Source: an uncultured bacterium
GTDB lineage: Bacteria; Hydrothermota; Hydrothermia; LBFQ01
NCBI GenBank assembly: GCA_964473735.1
Contig: CAYYQD010000002.1
Location: 4,966 to 68,965, forward strand
Direction: 5' to 3'
DNA length: 64,000 nucleotides
In this document: positions 30,356-38,691 of the stretch, in pieces
Layout: every line of letters begins with the position of its first letter
How positions within the stretch are numbered: position 1 is the first letter of the stretch
Notes under the pieces: generated by a model
Told to the model about the DNA's origin: nothing
Seen by the model: only the letters and a program-made list of their open reading frames with translations
The model's database searches: none
Translations under genes and position numbers: made by a program

Positions 30356-30954
30356 CGTGGTTGCTTTTGTTGAGCCTCTCTACAGGTGAAGGTTTAAGTA
30401 ACGTACAGGTCTGTTGCGATGGTAAGGCGCAGCTGGCCTTAGCCGACGAGGACGACGGGAGCGTGCCGGCCGAGTCCCTCACTGAAGAGGAGTCCGAAGG
30501 CGAGGAGATGGTCGTGGTGGATGAGAACGCCGAGGAGGAAGAGGAACACGAGGAACACGAATCCTACACCACTTTCACCCTCCACCGATGGATGGGGTAC
30601 GGTATAATCTTAGGTAGCCTTGCCAACGCGGGTCTTGGACTCTACGAGCTGAACCTGTATCAGAACAAACGGACACCTCCGGACCCTTTGAGGATAACCC
30701 ACAGGGCGATAGGCTATACCGTCTTCTCCCTGTCCCTTATCCAGTCCTCCATAGGCACCTACAACGCCTTAAAGCTCTGGAACGAGGCGGGGAGCCTGCG
30801 TCGCCTAATACACGGTACGCTGGCATGGGCGGCCACGGGGGCTTACCTCTACGCCGGGTATCTGGGATACAGAGGGTACTACGAGCAGCACAGGAACTGG
30901 ATGTTGGTCGCGACGGGCCTATCCACGCTAACGGGTCTGTGGATAATCTTCTGA
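30352..30954 (+). CDS. Membrane protein, possibly cytochrome b561-like (YceJ/CybB-like), with an N-terminal poly-acidic extension
   Basis: One His occurs in each of four predicted TM segments (LHRW, ITHRA, LIHGT, EQHRNW). The N-terminal region is Glu-rich (EEESEGEEMVVVDENAEEEEEHEEHES). The start overlaps yceI by ATGA. Confidence 0.35.
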   Translation: MTWLLLLSLSTGEGLSNVQVCCDGKAQLALADEDDGSVPAESLTEEESEGEEMVVVDENAEEEEEHEEHESYTTFTLHRWMGYGIILGSLANAGLGLYELNLYQNKRTPPDPLRITHRAIGYTVFSLSLIQSSIGTYNALKLWNEAGSLRRLIHGTLAWAATGAYLYAGYLGYRGYYEQHRNWMLVATGLSTLTGLWIIF

Positions 30955-30966
30955 AGGAGGGGAGGT

Positions 30967-31431
30967 ATGAGGCGTCTATTACTTCTGGTTCCAGCGGCTA
31001 TGCTTCTTGGATGCGAGGTCGGGGAGTTTGAGGAGGAGGACTACGGGCCCAACCACGCCCTGATTCAGGAGGCCGGCCTGAAGTTCAAGGCCGACTGCCT
31101 CTCCTGCCACGGTGGAGGTGCCTTCGGTGAGGAGGAGGCCCCAACGTTCAGGTACGCGGGGACGGTCTGGGACAAACCCAACGGGGATCCGGTCGCCGGA
31201 GCGAAGGTCATCCTCAAGGCTGTGGGTGCGGGGGACTCCTTAGTTTTGAGCACGGACAGATACGGAAACCTAAAGACCCCTTCTCCCTTGAGTACGCCCA
31301 CGTACTCCGCTAAGGTGGAGTGCCCCGACGGTAAGGTTCTGGCTATGAGGCTCCATCCCTACCACGGTGGGTGCAACGACTGCCACAGACCCGGGGGCAA
31401 GGCCGGAAACGTTTTATCTTGCAATAAGTGA
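30967..31431 (+). CDS. Dihaem c-type cytochrome lipoprotein
   Basis: The lipobox is MLLGCE and there are two CxxCH motifs (CLSCH and CNDCH). Confidence 0.55.
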   Translation: MRRLLLLVPAAMLLGCEVGEFEEEDYGPNHALIQEAGLKFKADCLSCHGGGAFGEEEAPTFRYAGTVWDKPNGDPVAGAKVILKAVGAGDSLVLSTDRYGNLKTPSPLSTPTYSAKVECPDGKVLAMRLHPYHGGCNDCHRPGGKAGNVLSCNK

Positions 31432-31970
31432 ATATGAACGCTGCGTACCTGCACCTCTTAACCAACCACATACCGGTTTTTGGTTTCCTGTTCGGGGCCT
31501 TTCTCATGGCTTACGGCCTCGTCAGAAGGAACGCCGAGATTAAAAAGCTGGCCGCCTTTGTCCTGCTCATAGCCGCCTTAGGGACGGTGGTAGCGTACTA
31601 CAGCGGACACAACGCCGAGGAGATGGTGGAGCACATGGCGGGGGTCTCCGAGGCCGCCTTAGAAAAACACGAGGACGCCGCGAGGTTGCCCTTCCTCATC
31701 GCCATAATCACCGCCGTGGGGTCGCTGGTGTATCTGGTGAGGGCCTTTCCCTTCTTTGACTTAGGGCTCCTCGTCCTCTCCGTGGTGGGCTTGGGTGCCG
31801 GCGTTTGGGCCGCCAAGACGGGTGGAGCCATAAAGCACTGGCAGGAGCAAGGTCTGTCCTCCCTTCCCGGCGGAGAGAATGAGGAAGAGGAGGAGATGGA
31901 GAGGGAGGGGAACGAAGGAAAAACGGGTATCCTGCCGGGACAGGAGAACGAGGAGGAGGGAGATGACTGA
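31428..31970 (+). CDS. Hypothetical 4-TM membrane protein with a C-terminal poly-Glu tail
   Basis: The start is GTG, overlapping the upstream stop (gTGA). There are four hydrophobic helices, and the C-terminus is ENEEEEEMEREGNEGK...QENEEEGDD. Confidence 0.4.
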   Translation: MNMNAAYLHLLTNHIPVFGFLFGAFLMAYGLVRRNAEIKKLAAFVLLIAALGTVVAYYSGHNAEEMVEHMAGVSEAALEKHEDAARLPFLIAIITAVGSLVYLVRAFPFFDLGLLVLSVVGLGAGVWAAKTGGAIKHWQEQGLSSLPGGENEEEEEMEREGNEGKTGILPGQENEEEGDD

Positions 31971-33168
31971 CCCCTTTATCTTGAGCGTCGGTGGGGCCGC
32001 ATTGACGTTCATGGTGGTGGAGGGTTTAAGGTACCGTCTCCATCTACGGCGGCTCGGTAAGATACCCCACCGCATACACGTGAACGGTTCGCGGGGTAAG
32101 TCATCGGTCACCCGTCTTATAGGGGCGGCACTGCGGGGGGACGGACGTAAGGTCGTAGTGAAGACGACGGGCACGACACCCCGTTTCATATACCCTGACG
32201 GTAGGGAGGTCCCCATATTCCGCCCCGGAAAGCCCAACATAATAGAACAGCTGAAGGTGGTGAAGAGGGCGGTTGAGGTAGGTGCGGACACTCTGGTGGT
32301 TGAGTGTATGGCCATAACCCCCGACTACATACGCATCCTTGAGGAGAAGATTGTGCGCAGTACCGTCGGCGTGATAACCAACGTCCGGGAGGATCACCTT
32401 GACGTCATGGGGCCTACGCTTTACGACGTGGCCAAAAATCTGGCCCTATCCCTCCCTAAGAACGGCGTAGCCTTCACGGCCGAGGACAGGTGGTTCTGGG
32501 TGTTTGAGGAGGAGGCCAAAAGGAGGAACACCCGCATAGTGAAGGTGTCGGCCAACGACGTCTCCGACGACGATATGCTGGGCTTTCCCTACATTGAGCA
32601 CAAGGAGAACGTGGCCATAGCTTTAGCCGTAGCCAAGCACTTCGGCGTGCCCGGGGAGGTGGCCCTCCAGCGTATGTACAGGGTGAATCCCGACCCCGGC
32701 GTCCTTACGGAGAGCGTGGTTGAGAGGGATGGGAAACGCATATACCTGTTCAACGCCTTCGCCGCCAACGACCCCGACTCAACGGTGATAATCTGGGACA
32801 TGGTGAATAGGAGGCGCAAAGGAAAGAGGCTGGTCGTACTAACACTGCGCAAGGACAGGCCGCAGAGGACGGAGAGCTTCGCCCGGATAGTGGGAACCCG
32901 TATAGAGGCCGACCATTACTTTATCGTCGGAACCTTCACCTCCTACATCGTCAGAGCCCTCAAGAGTGCGGGTGTCCCCGAAGGTAAGATAACGACCTAC
33001 GAGCACACCAACCCCGTCCCGGAGCCGGAGGCGGAGGAGGTGGCCAAAAGGGTGGTTGAGGAGATATGGAAGGTGGCCGACAGGGAGAACGTCCTGGTCA
33101 CCATGGGGAACATCGTGGGGATAGGTGGAAAGATAGTTGAAGTCCTTGAAAAGGAGGCGAAAACATGA
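31963..33168 (+). CDS. pgsB: Poly-gamma-glutamate synthase PgsB/CapB (amide ligase)
   Basis: CapB-like blocks are INGSRGKSSVTRL, ECMAITPDY, NVREDHLDVMGPTL and FNAFAANDPDST. The track start (31879) adds a basic N-terminal tail that is an alternate-frame reading of the upstream Glu codons. Met 31963 (MTDPF) is therefore proposed as the start. Confidence 0.8.
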   Translation: MTDPFILSVGGAALTFMVVEGLRYRLHLRRLGKIPHRIHVNGSRGKSSVTRLIGAALRGDGRKVVVKTTGTTPRFIYPDGREVPIFRPGKPNIIEQLKVVKRAVEVGADTLVVECMAITPDYIRILEEKIVRSTVGVITNVREDHLDVMGPTLYDVAKNLALSLPKNGVAFTAEDRWFWVFEEEAKRRNTRIVKVSANDVSDDDMLGFPYIEHKENVAIALAVAKHFGVPGEVALQRMYRVNPDPGVLTESVVERDGKRIYLFNAFAANDPDSTVIIWDMVNRRRKGKRLVVLTLRKDRPQRTESFARIVGTRIEADHYFIVGTFTSYIVRALKSAGVPEGKITTYEHTNPVPEPEAEEVAKRVVEEIWKVADRENVLVTMGNIVGIGGKIVEVLEKEAKT

Positions 33169-33617
33169 TACTTACGGAGGCTGTAGCCTTAGGTCTGGTA
33201 TTTTCTCTCTACTCTTCGGAGGTCCTCGGCTTCGTGGCCGGGGGTCTGGTGGTACCGGGGTACTTCGTCGTAATATCCTCCCGTCCTCTGATGCTCCTGG
33301 CCACCCTTACGGCCGCCTTTCTGGCTTACCTCTTTCTGCGGGTCGTATCCTCCTATATGCTCCTCTACGGCCGCAGGAGGCTCCTGGTGGCAGTTCTCTT
33401 AGGTTTTCTGTTCTCCTACCTCAGTAAGTGGGTCGCTGTAGTTTATCCTTCCCCCCTCCTGTTCAAGCTTCAGGCCTTCGGCTTCGTAATCCCCGGCCTC
33501 TTAGCCTACTGGATGGACAAGCAGGGCGTACTCCCCACCCTGGGGATGCTCTTCGTGAATGTGGCCGTCGTAAGGCTGCTACTGATACTCCTGCACGGTG
33601 GGGAGGTGGTGCTATGA
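33165..33617 (+). CDS. pgsC: Poly-gamma-glutamate synthase membrane subunit PgsC/CapC
   Basis: CapC blocks are GLVVPGY, YGRRR and GFVIPGL...DKQG. The protein is 150 aa with four TM segments, and it overlaps pgsB by ATGA. Confidence 0.8.
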   Translation: MILTEAVALGLVFSLYSSEVLGFVAGGLVVPGYFVVISSRPLMLLATLTAAFLAYLFLRVVSSYMLLYGRRRLLVAVLLGFLFSYLSKWVAVVYPSPLLFKLQAFGFVIPGLLAYWMDKQGVLPTLGMLFVNVAVVRLLLILLHGGEVVL

Positions 33618-34744
33618 GGCTGTTTTTCAAGCACAAGTTGAACACGGCCGAGATGCTCTTCTTAGGGGTCGTGGGGGTGGTCGTGATAGCCCTGTCCGCC
33701 TTAGCGAAGACGGTCAGCAGGGCCCCCCTGTACGACGTCAAGTTGGAGGCGGCGAAACGTACCTTAAAGGCCTTTAAAGTACTGAAAGAGGAGAGGCTGC
33801 GCAGGGACATACCGATAGACTCGGTTAACGACCCAGCCCTCAGTGGCCTCATAGGGTACAAGGACTCACCCATAACCACGACCACGGGGGACCTATTGGC
33901 CAAGCAGATGACCGTAAACCCCAACTGGGCGGCTCTGGTGGTGGAACTACTCAGGAGAGCAGGGGTCAAAAAGGGCGACTACGTCGCCATCCACATGACG
34001 GGGTCCTTCCCCGCCCTGAATACGGCCACCCTGATAGCCGTTGAGACTTACGGGGCCGTCCCCGTGTGGGTCTCCTCCGCAGGATCCTCCAGCTGGGGGG
34101 CGAACGTGCCGGACTTCACCTGGCCGGATATGGAGAGGGTACTCCGGGATAGGGGGCTTATAAGGGGGAAATCGCTCCTCATGTCCATCGGGGGCAACAA
34201 CGACGTAGGGGCCGGATTACCGGAGGAGGGCAGGAGGATGCTGAAGGAGGCTATCAGGAGGAACGGCTACGACCTTCTGGAGGTCCTGCCGTTGCAGAGG
34301 TCCGTGGATGCGAAGTACTCGGTTCTAAAGAGGGCCGCCGGAGGCAGGATAAGGGCCTTCATAAACGTGGGTGGAGGCGTGGCCAGTCTGGGGTCCCACG
34401 AGGTAGGGGAGCTTTTGAAACCCGGTATAAACTGGCCCCGCACCTATACGGACCTATCCCTGTCGGACTATCCCGTTGAGGGTCTGGTGGCCAGGTTCTT
34501 GAAGGAGGGGGTGCCTGTCATACACCTGCTCCACGTAAGGTCCTTAGCGAAGAGGTACGGCCTACCTCTGGTGGTGGCGGCCATGCCGGAGGTGGGGGAG
34601 GGGAGGTTGTTCTTTGAAGAGAGGTACGTTCTGTGGGTTCAGGCCCTTCTGTTAGTGGGTTATCTCGCCGTGGTCTTTCTGGTCGTCAACGGGTACCTGG
34701 GTAGGTTATTCGGAAATCCAAGAAAGGAGGAAGAAACGGTATGA
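33614..34744 (+). CDS. Poly-gamma-glutamate system membrane protein in the PgsA position (not CapA-type)
   Basis: It overlaps pgsC by ATGA. It has N-terminal and C-terminal TM helices with a large extracytoplasmic domain between them. It lacks the CapA metallophosphatase GDxMxGR signature. The track start (33428) is internal to pgsC, so Met 33614 (MRLFFKHK) is proposed. Confidence 0.5.
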   Translation: MRLFFKHKLNTAEMLFLGVVGVVVIALSALAKTVSRAPLYDVKLEAAKRTLKAFKVLKEERLRRDIPIDSVNDPALSGLIGYKDSPITTTTGDLLAKQMTVNPNWAALVVELLRRAGVKKGDYVAIHMTGSFPALNTATLIAVETYGAVPVWVSSAGSSSWGANVPDFTWPDMERVLRDRGLIRGKSLLMSIGGNNDVGAGLPEEGRRMLKEAIRRNGYDLLEVLPLQRSVDAKYSVLKRAAGGRIRAFINVGGGVASLGSHEVGELLKPGINWPRTYTDLSLSDYPVEGLVARFLKEGVPVIHLLHVRSLAKRYGLPLVVAAMPEVGEGRLFFEERYVLWVQALLLVGYLAVVFLVVNGYLGRLFGNPRKEEETV

Positions 34745-36579
34745 AGAGGTACGTGTTTGCCGTCTTATCTCTGTTTCCTGTCTCCCTCATGGGGGCGTGG
34801 GTTGATATAACGGATATGGCCGAGGGTCCGAGGGCCTCGGTCGGAAAGAAGGAGTACCTGCAGCTCTCCCCTGCTACGCCCGTCCGCCTGAAGGTCAAGA
34901 GGAGCACGAACGTCAGGTGGAGGGTCCGCGCCGACAAGAGCGGTAGGCTCTGGTACATAAACCGCAGGAACGGAAAACGCAGGGACTTCCACTTCAGGGC
35001 TGGTAAGAGCGAGATAAGGATGCACCTCTCGGCCGGAATATACGACTTCTACGCCTCACCGGAGGCCGTAGCACGTGTCTATAGGTACGTGCGGCGTCGC
35101 TGGAAACCCGTTCAGCCGGAGGGGGGAGGGTACCCCGTCGTACTGTTGGTGGGTGAGAACCGCTACACCTACTACAGAACGGATAGGGGGGTAGTGGTGA
35201 AGGTCAAGGGACCGACCACGCTCCACCTGTTCTTCCGGGCCTTCATGAGAGGCGGAGGTAAGGTGAGAGCTAAGATCAAGGTCTATGAGGGGAAGAGGCT
35301 TATAAAGTCCGCCATAAAGACGCTTAGACCTTCCCGACGGGCGATATTCTTTACGGGGAAGGACAGCATAAAGGCTTCCGTACCCCTGAAACTGAGCCTG
35401 AAGGTATCCAAGGGACTCCATCGCTACAGGGTCGTGGTATCTGGCGTTGAGGGTGCGGTCAAGCCCTACGTGGATAAGGGGAAACGCAAGCGGAAAAGGG
35501 GAAGTCTATTCCACTTCACGGAGATGGGGAGGGTTGAATACGGCCCCATGTTGGCCTCTTTAAGCGCCTCTTACAGTGGAAAGCGCTACAGGAGTAAGAG
35601 ACACCGCAGGAGAAGGCTCCGCAGGAGGAGACACTTCAAACACCACTACGTGCGGGTAGTACCCTCCTTCGCGTACTTATCCTCTGACAACGTCTATCAC
35701 TACAGCCAACCCCAGATTGACACCTTCTACAGCGGTCTAAAGCCCTACAGGTACCCCGGAGTTGAGGGTATAGGGGACGGTATCTGGAGGGCGAGGCTGT
35801 CCTTCACTTACCTCTACCGCTGGAGGCGTAAGATTTCCTTAGGTCCCACCCTGTACTACGCCCTCTACAGGTACCTTCAGAACCAGCAGCTTAACCGCAG
35901 TCTGTACGGTATTTCTCTCGTGGGCAGGTTTTACGGACTGCGGGCGAGGGTATCCTACCTGAACATGCCCTTTTACGGTGTTAGACCGACTTACACAGGC
36001 GTACCTAAGACGTACGAACTTCTATCCTTCGCCTACAGCAGGACGGAGGTCTCCCTATCCTACACCTTGAAGCCCATTACCGTAAGGGGGGTCTACGGGT
36101 TCGGTAGGTACGACTTCAACCCCACCTTTGACCTGTACGACGCCCGGTTTCGCAGGGCAGGGGGTGGTATCACCTTCAGGTACTCCGTCTTCTCCTTAAA
36201 GGGAGACGTCCTCTTCGGTAAAGTGGAGGCTACGAACCTACCCGCCGGAGTGCCCAAGGATTGGTCCCACGACTACACCACCTTCAAGGTCGCTCTTCTC
36301 CTGTCCCTTCCCTACGTTTCCCCTTACATCTCCTACAGGCATACGGTAAGAAACTACACGACCACGGACGTAGCCGACTCCCACTACGGCAGAGAGGATA
36401 AAGAGAGTGACCTCGTTCTGGGTGTCTCTGGAGAGCTCCCGTACGTCAGGCCCTTCGTATCCTACAGGGTCAGGAGCCGTTCCACCACCTCTCCCACCCC
36501 TATCGTGGATGTCTTCAAGGACTACAGGGAGAACGTATTTACGGCCGGCATAAGGGTACCCCTGAAGTTCAGGTTCTGA
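34741..36579 (+). CDS. Secreted, highly basic putative outer-membrane beta-barrel protein co-transcribed with the pgs genes
   Basis: The signal peptide is MKRYVFAVLSLFPVSLMGA. The polybasic tracts are GKRKRKRG and KRYRSKRHRRRRLRRRRHFKHH. The C-terminal half has alternating aromatic/hydrophobic beta-strand patterns ending ...VPLKFRF. It overlaps the upstream gene by ATGA. Confidence 0.45.
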   Translation: MKRYVFAVLSLFPVSLMGAWVDITDMAEGPRASVGKKEYLQLSPATPVRLKVKRSTNVRWRVRADKSGRLWYINRRNGKRRDFHFRAGKSEIRMHLSAGIYDFYASPEAVARVYRYVRRRWKPVQPEGGGYPVVLLVGENRYTYYRTDRGVVVKVKGPTTLHLFFRAFMRGGGKVRAKIKVYEGKRLIKSAIKTLRPSRRAIFFTGKDSIKASVPLKLSLKVSKGLHRYRVVVSGVEGAVKPYVDKGKRKRKRGSLFHFTEMGRVEYGPMLASLSASYSGKRYRSKRHRRRRLRRRRHFKHHYVRVVPSFAYLSSDNVYHYSQPQIDTFYSGLKPYRYPGVEGIGDGIWRARLSFTYLYRWRRKISLGPTLYYALYRYLQNQQLNRSLYGISLVGRFYGLRARVSYLNMPFYGVRPTYTGVPKTYELLSFAYSRTEVSLSYTLKPITVRGVYGFGRYDFNPTFDLYDARFRRAGGGITFRYSVFSLKGDVLFGKVEATNLPAGVPKDWSHDYTTFKVALLLSLPYVSPYISYRHTVRNYTTTDVADSHYGREDKESDLVLGVSGELPYVRPFVSYRVRSRSTTSPTPIVDVFKDYRENVFTAGIRVPLKFRF

Positions 36580-36625
36580 GGCGGGTACGTACCCTTTACG
36601 CGCCTTTCACCGGTATATTACCGGG

Positions 36626-37678
36626 ATGAAAAGGTTTAAGTACCTCTGGCCCGTACTCGTACTGCTGCTGGTCGCGCTGTACTTCCTCTGGCGGGGCGTG
36701 GGCGGAAGCAAGCCGCGGGAGGCGGAGGTCCGTAAGGAGGCCCCGAAGGCGGGGAATCGCCCCGTTGAGATATTCTTCACCCGCTCGGACGACGACCCCG
36801 AAAGGGCGCTGGTCTCCTTCATAAACTCGGCCAACAGGTACGTGCATGTGGCCATATTTGAGCTGGAGCTGGAGAGGGTGGTGAATGCCCTGATAGATGC
36901 TAAGCACAGGGGGGTAGATGTGAAGGTCGTCATGGACGACAGGATGAAGCGTAAGTGGGCGGCTAAGAAGTTGAAGGCCGCAGGCATCCCTATAGTCTTT
37001 GATAACCGAAAACCCTACATGCACAACAAGTTCGTAGTCGTTGACGGTAAGGCCGTGTGGTCCGGTTCTATGAACTTCAAGGAGTCCTCCGTCTATCGCA
37101 ACGATAACAACGCCTTCATAATCTTCTCCCCGCAGGTGGCGGAGAACTACGAGAGGGAGTTTCAGGAGATGTTCGCCCAGCACCTCTTCGGACCGGACTC
37201 CCCTCGCAACACTCACTGCTGCTTTAAAGTGGCGGACGTTTATCTGGAGAACTACTTCGCCCCGGAGGACAGTGTAGCGCGGAGGATAGTTGATATACTG
37301 CACAACTCCCGAAAGAGCATAAGGTTCGCGGCCTTCTCCTTTACGGACGACGACATCGGAAAGGCCATGGTGGAGGCGAAGCGCAGGGGGGTAGAAGTGG
37401 TCGGTGTGGTGGAAGCCCGCGGTGTCAGGAACAAGGGGTCGGAGTACAGGAGACTGAAGCGGGCGGGAATTCCCGTATTTAAGGACGGCAACCCCTACAT
37501 CCTCCACGACAAGTACATAATCGTGGATGACTCAATAGTGATAACAGGATCCTACAACTTCTCGCGCTCCGCCAGAAAGAGGAACGACGAGAACGTCGTC
37601 ATATTCTTCAAGAGGTGGATAGCCGGGGAGTACCTGAGGGACTTCGGTCGCATACTCAAGGAGGCTAAGGGAGAGTAA
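36626..37678 (+). CDS. Phospholipase D-like protein with two HKD motifs and an N-terminal TM anchor
   Basis: The first HKD motif is HNKFVVVDGKAVWSGSMNF. The second is HDKYIIVDDSIVITGSYNF. The N-terminus is a hydrophobic helix. Confidence 0.7.
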   Translation: MKRFKYLWPVLVLLLVALYFLWRGVGGSKPREAEVRKEAPKAGNRPVEIFFTRSDDDPERALVSFINSANRYVHVAIFELELERVVNALIDAKHRGVDVKVVMDDRMKRKWAAKKLKAAGIPIVFDNRKPYMHNKFVVVDGKAVWSGSMNFKESSVYRNDNNAFIIFSPQVAENYEREFQEMFAQHLFGPDSPRNTHCCFKVADVYLENYFAPEDSVARRIVDILHNSRKSIRFAAFSFTDDDIGKAMVEAKRRGVEVVGVVEARGVRNKGSEYRRLKRAGIPVFKDGNPYILHDKYIIVDDSIVITGSYNFSRSARKRNDENVVIFFKRWIAGEYLRDFGRILKEAKGE

Positions 37679-37707
37679 AGGAGAGGACACCCTCGCGGGA
37701 GACGGGG

Positions 37708-37749
37708 GCGGTACCACTTTTGCAGGTTTTATACCCAAAGTGATACCGT
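37708..37749 (+). repeat. Copy 4 of the intergenic inverted-repeat element (forward orientation), between the convergent PLD and rsmB/F-like genes
   Basis: The sequence is gcggtaccacttttgcaggttttatacccaaagtgataccg. Confidence 0.7.
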
Positions 37750-37775
37750 ATGAAAGGTGTAAATATCTACGGGGG

Positions 37776-38687
37776 CTAAACCTTCTCAAACATGGCTATG
37801 AAGAAACCTTCGGTATCCGTTCTGTGAGGGTAAAAGCGCTTCGTTCCGGGTACGGCCCCGTCTACCTCCCCTATTCCCACCTCAGGCACGGGTACCAGCG
37901 TGGCCCCGCTCTCCTTCAGGAACCTCTCAACTACGTTCTCGTTCTCCTCGTAGGTTAAGGTGCAGGTGGAATATACCAACCTTCCCCCCGGCTTCAGAGT
38001 ATCCCAGCCGGCCATAAGCAACCGGTACTGTACGCGACTGTAGGCCTTTACCTCCTTAGGGGACCACCAGAGGGCCACCTCGGGGTTCTTGTGCAGAGTC
38101 CCCACGGAGGAGCAGGGGGCATCCACCAGAACGTAATCGTAGTACTCCCTGTAAAATCTGGCCAACCTCTCCCCCCTGTATATGCTAACTACGACGTTGA
38201 GGCACCCCATCCTCTCCACGTTGTTGACCAGAGCCCTTACCCTGTCCATAGAGGAGTCGTTGGCGAAAACCATACCCGTGTTCCCCATAAGGGCCGAGAG
38301 TAAGGTGGTCTTGGAACCGGGGGCGGCAGCGATGTCCAGCACGAAGGAATGCGGCCGGGGGTTCAGGAGGTGGGCGGGAAGCATGGAGGCCAAATCCTGA
38401 ACGTAGTAGTATCCTAAGAAGTGCTCTAAGGTTTTGCCCATCTCCGTAGGGTAGTGGAGGACCCGGAAAGCGTAGGGTAGGACGGTCCCCTCAAGGACGA
38501 ACCCCCTATCCTCCAGCCTCCTTCTCAGGGTTTCCGGCTCTATCTTGAGGGTGTTGGCCCTGATGTACGGGCGGTAGGAGGGGGAGGTTATGTACCGGAC
38601 GTACTCTTCGTACTCCTCCCCCAGTATCTCCCGAATCGCGGACCACAGGCTCCTGTTCTTCCTCAGGTACTCCTCCCTTATGGGCAT
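37776..38687 (-). CDS. RsmB/RsmF (NOL1/NOP2/Sun) family rRNA cytosine-C5 methyltransferase
   Basis: The SAM motif is LDIAAAPGSKT. The catalytic motifs DAPCS and STCT are present and the length is 303 aa. Confidence 0.75.
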   Translation of the reverse strand: MPIREEYLRKNRSLWSAIREILGEEYEEYVRYITSPSYRPYIRANTLKIEPETLRRRLEDRGFVLEGTVLPYAFRVLHYPTEMGKTLEHFLGYYYVQDLASMLPAHLLNPRPHSFVLDIAAAPGSKTTLLSALMGNTGMVFANDSSMDRVRALVNNVERMGCLNVVVSIYRGERLARFYREYYDYVLVDAPCSSVGTLHKNPEVALWWSPKEVKAYSRVQYRLLMAGWDTLKPGGRLVYSTCTLTYEENENVVERFLKESGATLVPVPEVGIGEVDGAVPGTKRFYPHRTDTEGFFIAMFEKV

Positions 38688-38691
38688 CCCG

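Noticed and set aside
31879-31962. Highly basic N-terminal extension of pgsB in the ORF track (MRKRRRWRGRGTKEKRVSCRDRRTRRRE)
   Set aside because: It is produced by reading the GAG/GAA-rich poly-Glu tail of the upstream gene in another frame. CapB homology starts at Met 31963.
33428-33613. N-terminal 62 aa of the track ORF for the third pgs gene
   Set aside because: This segment lies inside pgsC in another frame. The membrane protein more plausibly starts at ATG 33614, which overlaps the pgsC stop (ATGA).
36596-37507. 303-aa minus-strand ORF antisense to the PLD-like gene
   Set aside because: The plus-strand frame carries two textbook HKD motifs. The antisense ORF is Gly/Arg/Pro/His-rich low-complexity sequence, typical of GC-rich shadow ORFs.
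37740-37958. 72-aa plus-strand ORF starting inside repeat copy 4
   Set aside because: It is largely antisense to the 3' end of the rsmB/F-like gene and has no motif.
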